Of a stretch of 64,000 nt of DNA, positions 51,718 to 64,000 are shown piece after piece (the stretch's first letter is position 1; the number at the start of each line of letters is the position of its first letter). A program made the position numbers and the translations under genes. Location: assembly GCA_030324005.1 (NCBI GenBank), contig JARDVH010000031.1:38234442-38298441 (forward strand). The letters are read 5' to 3'. Under the pieces are notes generated by a model. That model was not told where the DNA came from. It was given only the letters and a program-made list of their open reading frames with translations, and did no database searches. Origin of the DNA: Negaprion brevirostris. Taxonomy: Eukaryota.

Positions 51718-54700
51718 TACAAAACTGGCCAACATCACCCCCAGACCAACATAACTGGTTGTGAGAACACATGTCCATCATTGTTCCCTCCTCCTCCAAG
51801 TCCAGCCCCAGTGGTGGCCACTACTCCTGGATACTGCTGAATGCTGACCTCATGATGAGCTGGCAGCTCTTGGAGGTGAGCAGCTGTGCCACTAACAAGA
51901 TGTGGCTATGGGTTCTGCTGACCATCAATGTGGGGTTTCCCTGCCCCTCTTTCAGACCAGTTACATGATTCCCATCATCAGATCTAAATTCAGCCCGCAT
52001 GTGTTTGAGGAAAACACAGAACTAGACTTGTCACTATGCCATCAGTTAGTAGGACAATCCATATACAGGATATTTGCAGTTGTAAAAGCCCATACCTATA
52101 ATAAAAGGAATAAAGACCATTCAATTATTAATTTGCAAGTGTAAAGTTAAATGATATATTTTTAATAACTTGTACTTCAAGTGGAGAGGTGTAATTAACA
52201 ATATGGCAAAGGGAACATGCTTTTGGACTCGATGTTAAATAAAATTATTTATTGTTCTTTGACATTACCATACTATATATCTTTGCCAATAAATATTTAA
52301 GTAATGTAATTATCAATTAATAATTAATTACAACTGCAATCTGTTAAAAAGCTTTCAGAGCTGGTAAAAGAAACTTGCTTCTATTTGTTAGTGTTTCCAA
52401 ACGTTTTCTTGTTCTTCAAGTTTCCTGTGAAGCCAAACAGGTGCTAGGGAATGTATTATTCAATCTGAAAGATTTTTCTGTGGCCTGAATTTTCCAATTA
52501 CCTGAATTTATTTGACTATAAATTATATTAATATTTTGTTATAATTCATTACCATTTATGATACCTTATATTGTGCTGTCAAAATGTAATAAATAATGAG
52601 TAAATAATTGTTAAAATTTGCTTTGTTCTTTGATCTAGTATTCACAATACAATTTCATAGCATCTGCTGTTGGAGAACTGAAACATATCCACCATTCTCA
52701 AGAAAATAATCACAAAAATTAAAACTGATGCCAATTGAATATACTGCATGTTTTGTTTTATACATCTCTAATTTCAGTTCATCAATTTATTTAAAAATTC
52801 CGTGGCTTACAAGTTTATGAAATGGATTCTAAATATGGATAAATCAGAAAAAAGAAACATTTAAAAATCTGGGGTACAAAAAGTTGAATCCCACTTCCTT
52901 GATGACATCTGCGTGTGATGGATAGGAAATAAGCAATTCCAACAGGAAAAAGGGGAGGGATATCCATTTTGGGGCAGGAAGCCAGCAATAGACTTTACTG
53001 TCGTGCCTTGCCCTATTTCTGCTACTGTTCAACCTAATGTTAGGTAAAGTATTCCAGCTCCCCTTACTTCAAAACCACTTAGTTTTAACTGGATTCTTAA
53101 TTATGAAGAAAAGCATATTACTCCATTCACTGTTCAACCGATGTTTAAATAAATGCCAGTACGAAAATGAAGTTTGAGCACAAGGAGTTATGTACAATCT
53201 GCAATTTTAGTTCTTGTGCAACTACATCTAATGGCCTGTTTTAGAATTTCTTTTTATGTTCCTTGTATCTGAGTGTTCTGAAATTCAATACTGAGTTAAT
53301 GCTAGTGATGGGTCAACAGACTCCTAAATTTAATCAAGTCATTGCAGCTGTTTTAAATGTCAAATAAGCACGCAACAGATTGACAGGAGCATTTGGGATG
53401 ATAATTCATTGCAGGATTTACTGTTCGCATAGAAGCGTTGTAAACTTATTTGGATGAGCAAAGAAGTTATCATAGTATGCAAACCTCTCAAGGTAATGGA
53501 AAGTAACAAGTTATAACTTCAGTCAGGTGCAAACACACCTTATCTCCAAGCCCATAACTCTTCCATTGTTTTATTAAGCAATGTCTAGATTTCTAAATTT
53601 TAATTCTTGTTTTCAAATTCTTGTATGGCCTTGCCNNNNNNNNNNNNNNNNNNNNNNNNNNNNNNNNNNNNNNNNNNNNNNNNNNNNNNNNNNNNNNNNN
53701 NNNNNNNNNNNNNNNNNNNNNNNNNNNNNNNNNNNNNTGGCGCCTGTGCCTTCAGTTGCTTAGGCCCTAAACCCTGGATTACTCTCCTAACACTTCTCCA
53801 GCTCTCTACTTTACTTTTCTCCTTTAAGAAACTCCTTGAAACCTACCTCTTCAAAAAAAGCCTTTTGGTCATCTGATCTAATATCTCCTAATGTGGCCCG
53901 GCTTCATATTTTCTTTGAGAAATACTCTGGGATGTTTTATTATGTTAAAGGTGCCATATAAATAAACATTATTGTTGTTGTACTATTGAGTTCAGCGTGA
54001 TATGCAGTTGGCAGATAATTTAGGCATGCTGTTGAAACTATTCAGAATCACTAAGCTGATTCCTGGGATGGAAGATTTTTCGTCTGAGGAAAGGTTGGAC
54101 CCATATTCATTGCAGTTCAGAAGAATGAGGAGTGATCTTGGGACACCTCACCCTGTCCAAGAGGTCCCCATGTAAGGACAGTGCAGGGGTTGGCTGGGAA
54201 GTTTTTAAACTTCTGACGGACAATTGCTTTGTACCGAGATCCATCTGATACTGTGATTTCAATCAGAGAATAGTTAATGAGAAAAAGTCAGAAGGAGTTA
54301 AACAATTTTGCTTCGTTGACAACTATGGTACTAATCCCCTGACCTGCCCTCTCCTCCACTGGATCCCTGATCACCCTGACCACTTGGCATCTGCCCCGCC
54401 CCCCACCCCCACACACCAACACCCCTGCCAACCTCTCAATACTCTCTTCGTTCTGCGACTACCCCAATCCCCTGAATATGCCCCCCAAGCCCCAACTATA
54501 CCCTAATCCCCTACCTACACCCCTAACCTCCATGACTATGTCCCATCCACTGGCTACCCTCCTGACAACCCTGACTATCCCTCTGCTAGCCTCCCACACC
54601 ACTGACTACAACCCTCACTTCTTGCCTATACCCCAAGCTGCCTGACAACAGTCTTGGCCCTCTGACTAAGGCCCTGACATCTAACTATCACCCACCCCAC

Positions 54701-55229
54701 TAGCTAAACGCCTGACCCTCATCTACCCACNNNNNNNNNNNNNNNNNNNNNNNNNNNNNNNNNNNNNNNNNNNNNNNNNNNNNNNNNNNNNNNNNNNNNN
54801 NNNNNNNNNNNNNNNNNNNNNNNNNNNNNNCCTTCTTGAACCCCCTCCCTGACCACCCAAATCACCCAAATCCCCTCCCCCAACCACCCAAACTACTCTC
54901 CTCAACCCTCTCTTGCCAACCACCCTAACCCCTATCCACATATCTTACAACTTACCTTCTCCAAGCTTCTCAAGGTGGCTGGGACCAATAAATGTGCCAG
55001 AAACTGGTGTGTACAAAGTGGGTATGGTTTCACTACCCCCAACACTGATGCCTCCAGGAGCTGCGTTACATTTCTCACTAGGCCTGGGATGGAAGATCAG
55101 GTGGAAAATGTGCAGCACCTGACTTGGTTATGTGAAAAGGTGTGTAGTGGCAATCCAATGATGAGTGCCAGTCCGCTGAGGTTCTGGCTTATAAGTTGCG
55201 GAGGTGGCTTGGCAGGACAGATGCTGCAA

Positions 55230-55515
55230 GATGGATTCCCCTTGTGACTGAATCTAGAACAATGGGGACACTGTTTAAAAATAATGGGTCGCCCATTTAA
55301 ATTAGAGATGCGGATAATTTCTCCCTTCAAAGGGTTATTAATCTTTGGAATTTTCTTGCCAAGAAAGCAGTGATTGTGGGGTCATTGAATATATTGAAGG
55401 CTAAGTTAAGAAAGTGGAGTTAAGGCTACAGTCAATCAGCCATGATCTTACTGAATGGTGAAACAGACTCGAGGGTCACATGGCCTCCTGCTCTTATTTC
55501 TAATGGTCTTATGAT
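55230..55515 (+). mobile_element. CR1 3' fragment
   Basis: Similar to 21065-21370 (gaatctag..c..gggg..cactg.ttaaaaata; atcagccatgatcttactgaat). Confidence 0.7.
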
Positions 55516-56371
55516 GTTGCACTGACACATACCAATCTGAGATCATCTGTTTTTAAAAAAAGAATTGTTCTGAAGATGTGGGTGATGTTGGCAACATCAC
55601 ATTTAATCATCCATCCTTGGTTGCCCTGAGTAGGAATTGGTAGAACTTATCTTTGAACCACTGCATTTTATGTAATGATGGTCACATGGTGGTATTAGAC
55701 AAAGAATTTGAAGATAATGATCCAACAACAGTGTCCAAATCAGGAATTCATGTGATTCAAAGTTGAAGGTGTTCCCATGACAATGTTACTGTGATTTTAC
55801 CTGGGTCGTCCAGGAAGAATCCCTTGTGAAGGGGATTGTCACAGTATAGGTACAACTTTATTTTCTACCAGCAAAATCTCGCTTCATTTTAAATTAGACA
55901 TTAACTAATGCATGTCAAAAGTGCATCAAATCTCTTCCATTAAAATAATTTAATACTGTTCAATTTATCATCACAAGCTGTGATTTTACGTTATCCAAGA
56001 GATATTTTATTATTGCAATAACTTGAAACTGTTACTCAATTTCTCAATTTTCTATATGACTTCCTTGTATAACTTTGAGTTTCTTTCAAAATAACTGGAC
56101 TAGATTCCCCTCCTGTTGGCAGGATAGTAACAGAACAAGACAAATGCCTGGCCACATCAGTCCATTACTAACCTGGCACAATTCCTCCTCAACACCCTCA
56201 ATTGGTATACAAGACAGAAGTGGAGCAGGAAGACTGCTTGTAGCTTACCCTCTCTGGGAAGGATAGAAATTGATAGCTGCAGTGTTCAGATTACTGCAGC
56301 TACCCCAAAATCCACAAATCTATCTGGAAAGCAGTACTCAAACAATACAAAATTGCAGTAGTCTGAAGCAT

Positions 56372-56740
56372 CGGTAGTACAGTGGTTAGCACTGCTGCTT
56401 CACAGCTCTAGGGACTGGGGTTCGAATCCTGTGTGGAGTTTGCACATTCTCCCTGTGTCTGCATGGGTTTCCTCCAAGTGCTCTGCTTTCCTCCCACAGT
56501 CCAAAGATGTGCAGGCTAGGTTGATTGGCCATTCTAAATTGTCCCTTAGTGTCCTGGGATGCATAGTTTAGAGGGATTAGTGGGTAAATATGTAGGGATA
56601 TGGGGAGTGTGGTTGGTGCAGACTTGATGGCNNNNNNNNNNNNNNNNNNNGATTAGTGGGTAAATATGTAGGGATATGGGGATTGTGGTTGGTGCAGACT
56701 TGATGGCATCTTTCTGCACTGTAGTATTCTATGATTCTAT
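56372..56740 (+). mobile_element. HE1/V-SINE-type SINE
   Basis: acagtggttagcactgctg...ggttcgaatcc head, full core and tail ...ctatgattctat. Confidence 0.85.
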
Positions 56741-57399
56741 AATCTCAACAACTGGAAGAAGTTCCAGATTTTCCAGGCATCCATGGAGGTATTTTTTAGT
56801 AAGTGAGGACAAAAAGAGCAGCAGTGTTGGGTGTAATATTCAAATATACAGTTGTTTTGTGTTTGATTATATGAATCTGTTTACTATTGATGTTCACTGT
56901 GCTCGATTAATTAACCCTGGTTATGCACTCTGAGCAAAGTAAAAAAAACTGTAGAAATTGCTGGAAGAAAAGAACAGTAAGCATGGAGTAGACATTTTAA
57001 AGTACTATGAATAAAACTTGTTTTACATAACAGAACTGGTTTCATCTCTGCATAGCTTCAAAGTAGAAAATATACAGTACTGGGCACTTAAAGACGAGGA
57101 TGGTGCAGATTATATGGAAGTACATGATAGAGGTGAATGCTAGTTGTACCATTTTAAGACTGACACACAATGCAAAAGAGATTCAATTCCTCATACAGGT
57201 AATAAAAGTAAGTCTGAACACTGGTAACCTTACACATCTATATTGGTACTTTCTCCACTCATCCCCAAAAATATCAAAGTCTTTCTTTCTACTCATCTAT
57301 GTGCTAGGGAAACTTGGCAATACAACAAAAACATTTCTAAAAACACTCCCAACATCATCTTAAATAACATCTATTCTATCAACTCATAAGAGCTATAAC

Positions 57400-59910
57400 T
57401 GTAGTGTAATGGGTTAATATTAAATATGTAAGTAGACAGTCTATGTTAGCAGTAATGTAAGATCACATGACAATATGTCAAACCTCATGTTAAGCCTTAT
57501 ATTGTATACAATTAGAATGTTCTATAAAAGGTAAGGTTTACCAACAACCTAACCTCCTGTACTCTCAGTCAATCCAGACCAAGTGTAGTTTTATCTAAGA
57601 TCCACAACAATGATAACAGATTACAGCAGAAAACATGACGAAAAAAAACAAGTAAACAGCCCAGTAACTGGTAGAAGCACTAAAAGAAATGATTGTGGGA
57701 TGAGGACAGTCTGGGAAAATGCCAACAAAAATCAAAGGAAGGTTAGAATGAAAAAAGCCATGGAAAAAAATCTTATTTTTACCAGAAGGCTTCAGAGCCT
57801 GGATCAGCCAGTGAAATGGAAGAATTGGCATAGTAGGTTTGCCAGGTATAAAACCGTTTTGAGGCTAACAGAAGAGAATGACAAGGAGCAGGTCATTAAC
57901 CATCTCTACACCATAGGCAGAGATGCAGATGACATAATGTGCAGGCAGGGCCTAAACAAAGAGAGAGCACCATACAAAGAAGCAATAAAAGACTTCAACA
58001 ACACATTTTGCAACCTTAGGTGAAGGGTGACCTTCAANNNNNNNNNNGAAAGAAATTAATTTGGTATCACATTGTTGCAGGAGTTTTAGAAGATTATCAG
58101 ATGTTCTGCACTCAAGGGAGGATATGATGCTATCAAAGGCCATGCAATTAACAAGACATAGAGAAGTGAGAAAGCAAAATTGTGTATTTATTCAAGGTGA
58201 CAGGGAGATGAAGTGAAAAAGTGATTGACACTATGCAGGACACAAAAATAACAGTATCCCTGTCCAAAACAGGACAAGTACAAAGAAGGCAGTCACCACC
58301 ATTACTCCCTATCCTCACTGTGGCTGGAAAAGGCTGCACCAATGTGAAGAATGCCTCATCAAAATGTAGGGTGCCATTGTATACCCCAGCAAAAAACTCC
58401 TAAAACTAGAAGAAAAGGAGAAATCAATAAAATCATTGAGTATTCAGGAAATTGAAGATGAAAGAGACAATGATGTGCCATTCATGGGACAAACTCTAGG
58501 ATCTAATGGGAACTATTGGATTGCAGATATCTAATCAACAGACATAAAACATACTTCAAATTAGACACTGGAACAAGAGTTTCAGTTCTTTCAGACACAG
58601 AACAGGGGCTACAGCTAAAATCTCTCCTGTTATTGAACATATGACTCCATGAGATCNNNNNNNNNNNNNNNNNNNNNNNNNNNNNNNNNNNNNNNNNNNN
58701 NNNNNNNNNNNNNNNNNNNNNNNNNNNNNNNNNNNNNNNNNNNNNNNNNNNNNNNNGTTTCAGCATGTACATAAGGGGAAAAACTGAGAAAATATTGGAC
58801 ATCAAACATAGCACGAAGAGTTATTTCCTCTGGGCGTCTATCTGTTCTTTAAAAAAAAATGTTATTCCAACTATGAATAATAGTTCATTAGAATTTTTTA
58901 ATGAATTATAAATGACAGAAACCTGATATATGATCCAAAGAGTGTTTGCTGTTAAGCTGATGAAAAGCTTATAAGGATCTGCAATTCATCTATAATGTAG
59001 GGGAAGTCAAAAAAATATATAATTCAGGACAGAATTTCCAAAATTTTTCAAATGTCTTAGGAAAACTGAAACAAGAGTACAAAAGACCTGAACTTAATAG
59101 AGCCATTTGAAAACTGACAGAACATTGGCAAAAGAAAAGCAGGTGAAGGAATTACAAGCTCATTACCTGGAAGAGCAGCTTGCATCAAGCAAGAAACAAA
59201 TGGACAGACTTAAGCAAGATAAACAACAAGCAATGGCAGATGCATTGTTAAGAAATCTGTTGAAAATCCTGAATAAGGGGACATAAATTTATGATATATT
59301 GTCCTATATATCATTGACCACAAGATTTCTACCATCACAAACACAGAGACAAAATGAAATTCAAAAGGTGCCAAAGCAGGTGCTAAAAATAAGGAAGACT
59401 GGGAAAATGTATGGCAAGAATAATTCTTGACAATCTCACACTGAAGCAATACTTCAAGCAATGAAGATATTTTGGTGTTGTAGATGACCTGATTTATGAT
59501 CAGAGATTGGCCATAACAAGAGTCTTCAGACTCGAGATCCTTCAGAGAATACACCTGGGATACCTAAGAATGCAATTCTGTGTGGAGGCCAAGGATCTCG
59601 GAATCAGTAAAGGAAACAATTTTGAGCTGATTCACATGTGAAATCCATTGCCAGGAGCAAAGGGAACTGCTAATGGTATCTTTAATGCCATTCATGCCAA
59701 GGAGACACCTCAGAATGAATCTTTTCAAGCTCAAGGAGAAGATATTCCTCATTATTGTTGGCTATTAGTCCAGGTAGATTGAGGTTAAGTATCTTCATGA
59801 TCCAACCTCAGAAGCAGTCGTTAAATCACTAAAATAATTTTCTGCTACACATCGCATTCCAGATCTTGTCATTTCAGAAAATGGCCATATTTTGCAAACA
59901 TTAACTTTGA
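57400..59910 (+). mobile_element. Second decayed Gypsy/Ty3 element (gag, protease and integrase relics)
   Basis: gag-like WKNWHSRFARYKTVLRL...EQVINHLYTIGRDADDI (57610-58023), protease YFKLDTG at about 58552, integrase-like FSATHRIPDLVISENG at about 59838. Confidence 0.75.
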
Positions 59911-60896
59911 AAGATTAACTTTGTTTCTTTCTCCACAAATGATGCCAGACATGCTGAGTTTTTCCTGCATTTTCTGTTTTTATTTCAGATTTCCAGCATC
60001 TGCAGTATTTTGCTTTTATTTTAGTCTTTAAAGGAAAAATATATCTGACCCTTTTGTCAATATGGACAAATAAGGAAAATGTTCATGTGCCTTAAACATC
60101 CTCCTGCCTCTCCAAAGGAAAAACTTACTCATAACCATCATATTCAAGGAATATCAATCCATAAAATTCTGCGTCCATTATAAGAAGAAATCTTAGAAAT
60201 CATAGGCAAGAGAGGTTGCAGAGACTGGAAGCAGTGTGCAAGTAGAAGTTTGGTATATGTTAGATAGAGATCAGCATAAAAAATCTAGGTATCCTATGTT
60301 TGTTCAAAGTATACCCTCAATTGTCCTTACCCTTGACAGTTATTTCTTCAAGGGGAAATGGCCCTTTGTGCATAGCTAAAAATGCCTTCTTGTATTTTGC
60401 AACCTAGAAGGTGCCATGTTTGAAATGTATTAGTCATTACCTATGACTTGTAGAATACTCAGTGGCAGCCTGGAAAATTTCTTCAGCATCAAGCTACCAG
60501 GCACAGTTTCTGAGGATATTGATGGTTGGTGGGGAGGCAGTTCCTGGACTATCCTTGATTCACTAGGTGTCTTGAGGGTCATCCTAAAATAGATTTCCAA
60601 TACTTGAATGAAAGTATTCATCTGTGATAATTTCAACTAGTTGCATCTCTGAGCCTATATCCAGCAGAATCGATGCAGGCATCAATATCCCTCATTACAA
60701 GGCAATGAGACTACTGCCCATTAAGGGTAAAGTTTGAGTGAAATAATTGGAGAGGAATAGTCTGTCATACCCCACCAAAAGAATGCAAATAAAAGTAAAT
60801 TAGAAGGGATATTATGGCCACCCGAGAATATTAATGAAATGTCAGGGAAATGGAATCCCATTAATCTCTGAAATTCAGATTAAGTTGATTTCAGTC

Positions 60897-61225
60897 AATG
60901 TGTAATGAGGCGGGTAGAATTAGGGACCTTGTGGTGAAGGATCCTCTTGGGGAGAGTGATCATTGTATGGTTGAGTTTCTGGTGCAGATGGAGGAGGAGA
61001 AAGTGGGTTCCCGGACACGCGTCCTTTGTTTGAACAGAGGGGAGTACGGNNNNNNNNNNNNNNNNNNNNNNNNNNNNNNNNNNNNNNNNNNNNNNNNNNN
61101 NNNNNNNNNNNNNNNNNNNNNNNNNNNNNNNNNNNNNNNNNNNNNNNNNATTGAATGGCGGGGCAGGCTCGAAGGGCTGGATGGCCTACTCCTGCTCCTA
61201 TTTCTTATGTTCTTATGTTCTTTAT
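60897..61225 (+). mobile_element. Young CR1 LINE, collapsed across an assembly gap
   Basis: Endonuclease end (DPLGESDHCMVEF) before the gap and the CR1 3' tail after it; CpGs retained. Confidence 0.75.
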
Positions 61226-62186
61226 AAAGTAGAATAGAGTATGTATTATACATAATCCAAGAGTATTCAATGTTGGTAACTGCTGCCAAAGTGAAGAAGT
61301 CCTATAATTATTATTACTGGCATGAAATAACTTAATGAACACAAAAACTCAAAGGTGCATGTGTTCGTAGCCCACCCTTGCAAAACACTTATTGAATCAA
61401 TCAATTAATTATTTAAAGATAGCACGAACTTTCCTGAATGCTCTCTTTATTATTCTTTCATCATGTAACTATGTAATTTTATATGGAGCCAATTATATCA
61501 AATTCATCTTTTACAATATCTGGCGTACATGCATTTTCAATACAAATATCAACAGGAATAATTTTTTTGCTGATGGGTGGTTTTCTAAGTTATCAGTGTT
61601 ATTATTTGTTTTTGTGATGTGAATGACACAAGCTAGGCTACGTTTATTGTCCTTCCTTATTTGCTCCGAAATTCTCCTTGAACTCCTTGAACTCCTTGGG
61701 ATTCTCTTTGAACTGCTGCACTCATTGTGGTGATTGTACTCTGTGTCAGTGTTTAGTAAGAAAGGACTGAATACTGACCTAGAGGTATTACCAGAACATC
61801 AATACATGTCCAAGGTCCAAGTCAAGATAGTATACACCTGAGATTTGATAGTATTATCATGAAATTTCTGCTCATCTAACTCTTGACTGTAGAGCTTTGA
61901 GGAGAGGATAAAGACTTACATGTATTCACAGCTCCAAGACATTCCAAAATGCTTTACTACCACTGTATCTTTGAACTGTAGTTGCTGCTATAAAGTAGGA
62001 AAATGCTGTCGAGATAATCTGTGTAAGTTATTACAGTGCACCCTGTGTAACTCATGCACAATATACCAATTGATGGAGGCAGTTCTGATCAAGAAATGCT
62101 GTGCTCATAAGATGTCATCATAAAACATATTTTAACGTAGCTGAACGATCTGATACACTCACCAGTTGATATATTTTTATTTCTAG

Positions 62187-62341
62187 TACAAGACAAACCT
62201 CCAATTTTTGAAAAGAAATTTGGTGATTCAGTATTAATGACAGGGGAAGATCTGATACTCCATTGCATTATTTCAGGACAACCAAAACCAAGTATTACAT
62301 GGTTAAAGGATCACGTGATACTTTCACCCAAGAAATCCAAT
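62187..62341 (+). CDS. Ig I-set domain exon, N-terminal half: (V)QDKPPIFEKKFGDSVLMTGEDLILHCIISGQPKPSITWLKDHVILSPKKSN
   Basis: tttttatttctag| acceptor, AAT|GTGAGC donor; phase 1 start, phase 0 end; I-set hallmarks PPxF, G-E-D-L-I-L-H-C, G-x-P-x-P-x-I-x-W-x-K-D. Confidence 0.88.
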
Positions 62342-62453
62342 GTGAGCCATCTAAATTTGATTTTATTTGTTTTATTTCAGGCTATTAGAGTCTAATGGTT
62401 ATATGGTTTAATAACATATTTAATGTGCTTAATAAAGTGTTTTTTTAATTTAG

Positions 62454-62583
62454 AGAGAGCACTTTGGTGAAAATTATGTATTCAGGAAAAGAAATATAGG
62501 CTCAGCTGATACTGGAATATATAGTTGCATTGCCAGAAATGTAAAAGGAGAAGTGCACTGTTCGGCTTCAATAGTTGTTACAG
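62454..62583 (+). CDS. Ig I-set domain exon, C-terminal half: REHFGENYVFRKRNIGSADTGIYSCIARNVKGEVHCSASIVVT
   Basis: ttttttaatttag| acceptor after a 112-nt intron, ACAG|GTATTT donor; phase 0 start, phase 1 end; D-x-G-x-Y-x-C-x-A-x-N-x-x-G motif. Confidence 0.88.
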
Positions 62584-63229
62584 GTATTTGTATAATTGAT
62601 TTATTGCAATGTAAAACTTTCTAACATTGACCATATGATAACTATAAGCTACACAGGGCATAAAGTGTAAGTACATGCTAATGACTGGATTACGGTTTTC
62701 TATATTCAGAACAAAAAGTTAAGATTTATATGATATAATATAACCATTTTATTTTCAATAGCTAACAGATTTATCAAATTTGTAGCTCATGATAAATATC
62801 AGTTCTTCAATTAGTGTTATTACATATCGGCAAAGTGCAGCAAATATATTACTGGCACCCATTCAAGCTGAACAATAGCACCTATGAAATGGACACGCTA
62901 AAGTGCAGATTGCCTAGAACAACTTTGTTTCTAAATGCATTGGAGGTTCAGAAACCCATAGCTAAACCAGGTTCATGCTAATGCTTTAAGATAACATAAA
63001 AACATAACATCAACATAATGTAAACACTTCCAATGTATATTAATCTATATATTACTACATAGCTAGTAAAAATGTTTTCTCATTACAGCTGATAAACTTA
63101 AGACATTTTAAGCTTAATATGGAATTTTAACAAAAACATGAATTTACTTTACTATTACTGAGTACAATAATGCACGAGGAATTTATTTCTACATAGTTTT
63201 GAAACATTATTAATGGTGGTTGATTTCAG

Positions 63230-63380
63230 AAAAACATAAAGAATTATCCACTACCAGTAAGGAAACTCCAGAAAAGGATAAGGGAATTATGATCAAGAAA
63301 GTTAGACCTGATTCATTTATAAATACAAACAGACGTGGAGCATGTTGTGTAAATGATCAAAGATCAAAGACATGGTCAAG
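63230..63380 (+). CDS. Linker-type exon (E)KHKELSTTSKETPEKDKGIMIKKVRPDSFINTNRRGACCVNDQRSKTWS; the gene continues beyond the window
   Basis: gatttcag| acceptor, consensus AAG|GTAAGT donor; 151 nt open in exactly the phase (1) required by the preceding exon. Confidence 0.7.
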
Positions 63381-64000
63381 GTAAGTTGACCATTCTTTTT
63401 GTATGATGCCCTTATGTATGTCCTTACATTTGTTGCAATTGTGTAATACATAAGAAGTGCCATCGAATATTTTTACTTTTAACTCACTGTGCAGTTTCTT
63501 CCAATTTCCAGTTTCATTATTTTAATACAAATGCCAAAATTCGGTAACTGAAAATATGAACTTGAACAGTGAAATTGTTGTATGGTGAGATTGAAAGAAG
63601 GTGGAAGGAATCTTGAGCAGAGTGTAAGACCTAGACATAGACCTAGCGTGAGATTTTCTGCCCATGCTCAGCCCAAGGCTGAAAATTCCCAGTTTCAGGT
63701 CAATGGATCTTTGATGGTCCCGCTCCACCCCTCCCCCTGCTCCGTGCTACAATGGGAAAACTCTGCCCCTATTGCATTGAATGTCTTGTTTTGGTCTTAC
63801 GAATACCACATAATGCAATTCTATGTAATATGCATACAACATGGCAACATATTTCTCTACAGTGGCATACAAAATGCAGCATAACTTATGTAAGAAAAAC
63901 AAACAGCCAAATAGAAGATAATCAGAATTATACTTGAAGAATTTAACTTAATCTCATGTCTTTTTACAACTGTAGTTTCCTGAAGTTTAAACTCAGCAGT

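Noticed and set aside
54340-54960. C-rich tract as tandem repeat, G-quadruplex array or CRISPR-like array (also 10400-10570, 25020-25290)
   Set aside because: No regular period or spacer structure; it is the low-complexity interior of a dispersed repeat family in eukaryotic DNA.
62381-62395. Alternative acceptor ttttatttcag| at 62380
   Set aside because: It would leave only a 39-nt intron and hits TAA after four codons; the 62454 acceptor completes the Ig fold.
62187-62583. Start of TTN itself
   Set aside because: No initiator Met exon and the peptide does not match titin Z1/Z2 as I recall them, so no gene symbol was assigned.
1-64000. The many 60-130 aa ORFs in the track
   Set aside because: Apart from the exons listed, they are TE fragments, antisense shadows, gap-spanning artefacts or chance ORFs with non-ATG starts.

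Overview
Vertebrate genomic DNA, almost certainly a shark (abundant HE1/V-SINE-type tRNA-SINEs, CR1/HER1, L2 and RTE LINEs, Penelope-like hairpin repeats, Harbinger and Gypsy relics), from a gappy assembly. The only intact host gene is the 3' end of CCDC141 on the + strand: five phase-compatible exons (4428-4546, 6743-6817, 11068-11619, 14299-15281, 26188-26473) ending in an I-set Ig domain plus a hydrophobic C-terminal tail, followed by a ~2 kb repeat-free putative 3' UTR. The most interesting signal is missed by the ORF track. About 36 kb downstream, three more open, phase-compatible exons (62187-62341, 62454-62583, 63230-63380) encode another complete I-set Ig domain and a linker. They can be joined in frame to a GT donor inside the CCDC141 'last' exon (26360/26361). 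This suggests an extended CCDC141 isoform that skips the membrane tail and runs towards the TTN locus, which neighbours CCDC141 in other vertebrates. The rest of the window is nested, decayed transposable elements. Repeat boundaries are by eye and approximate.
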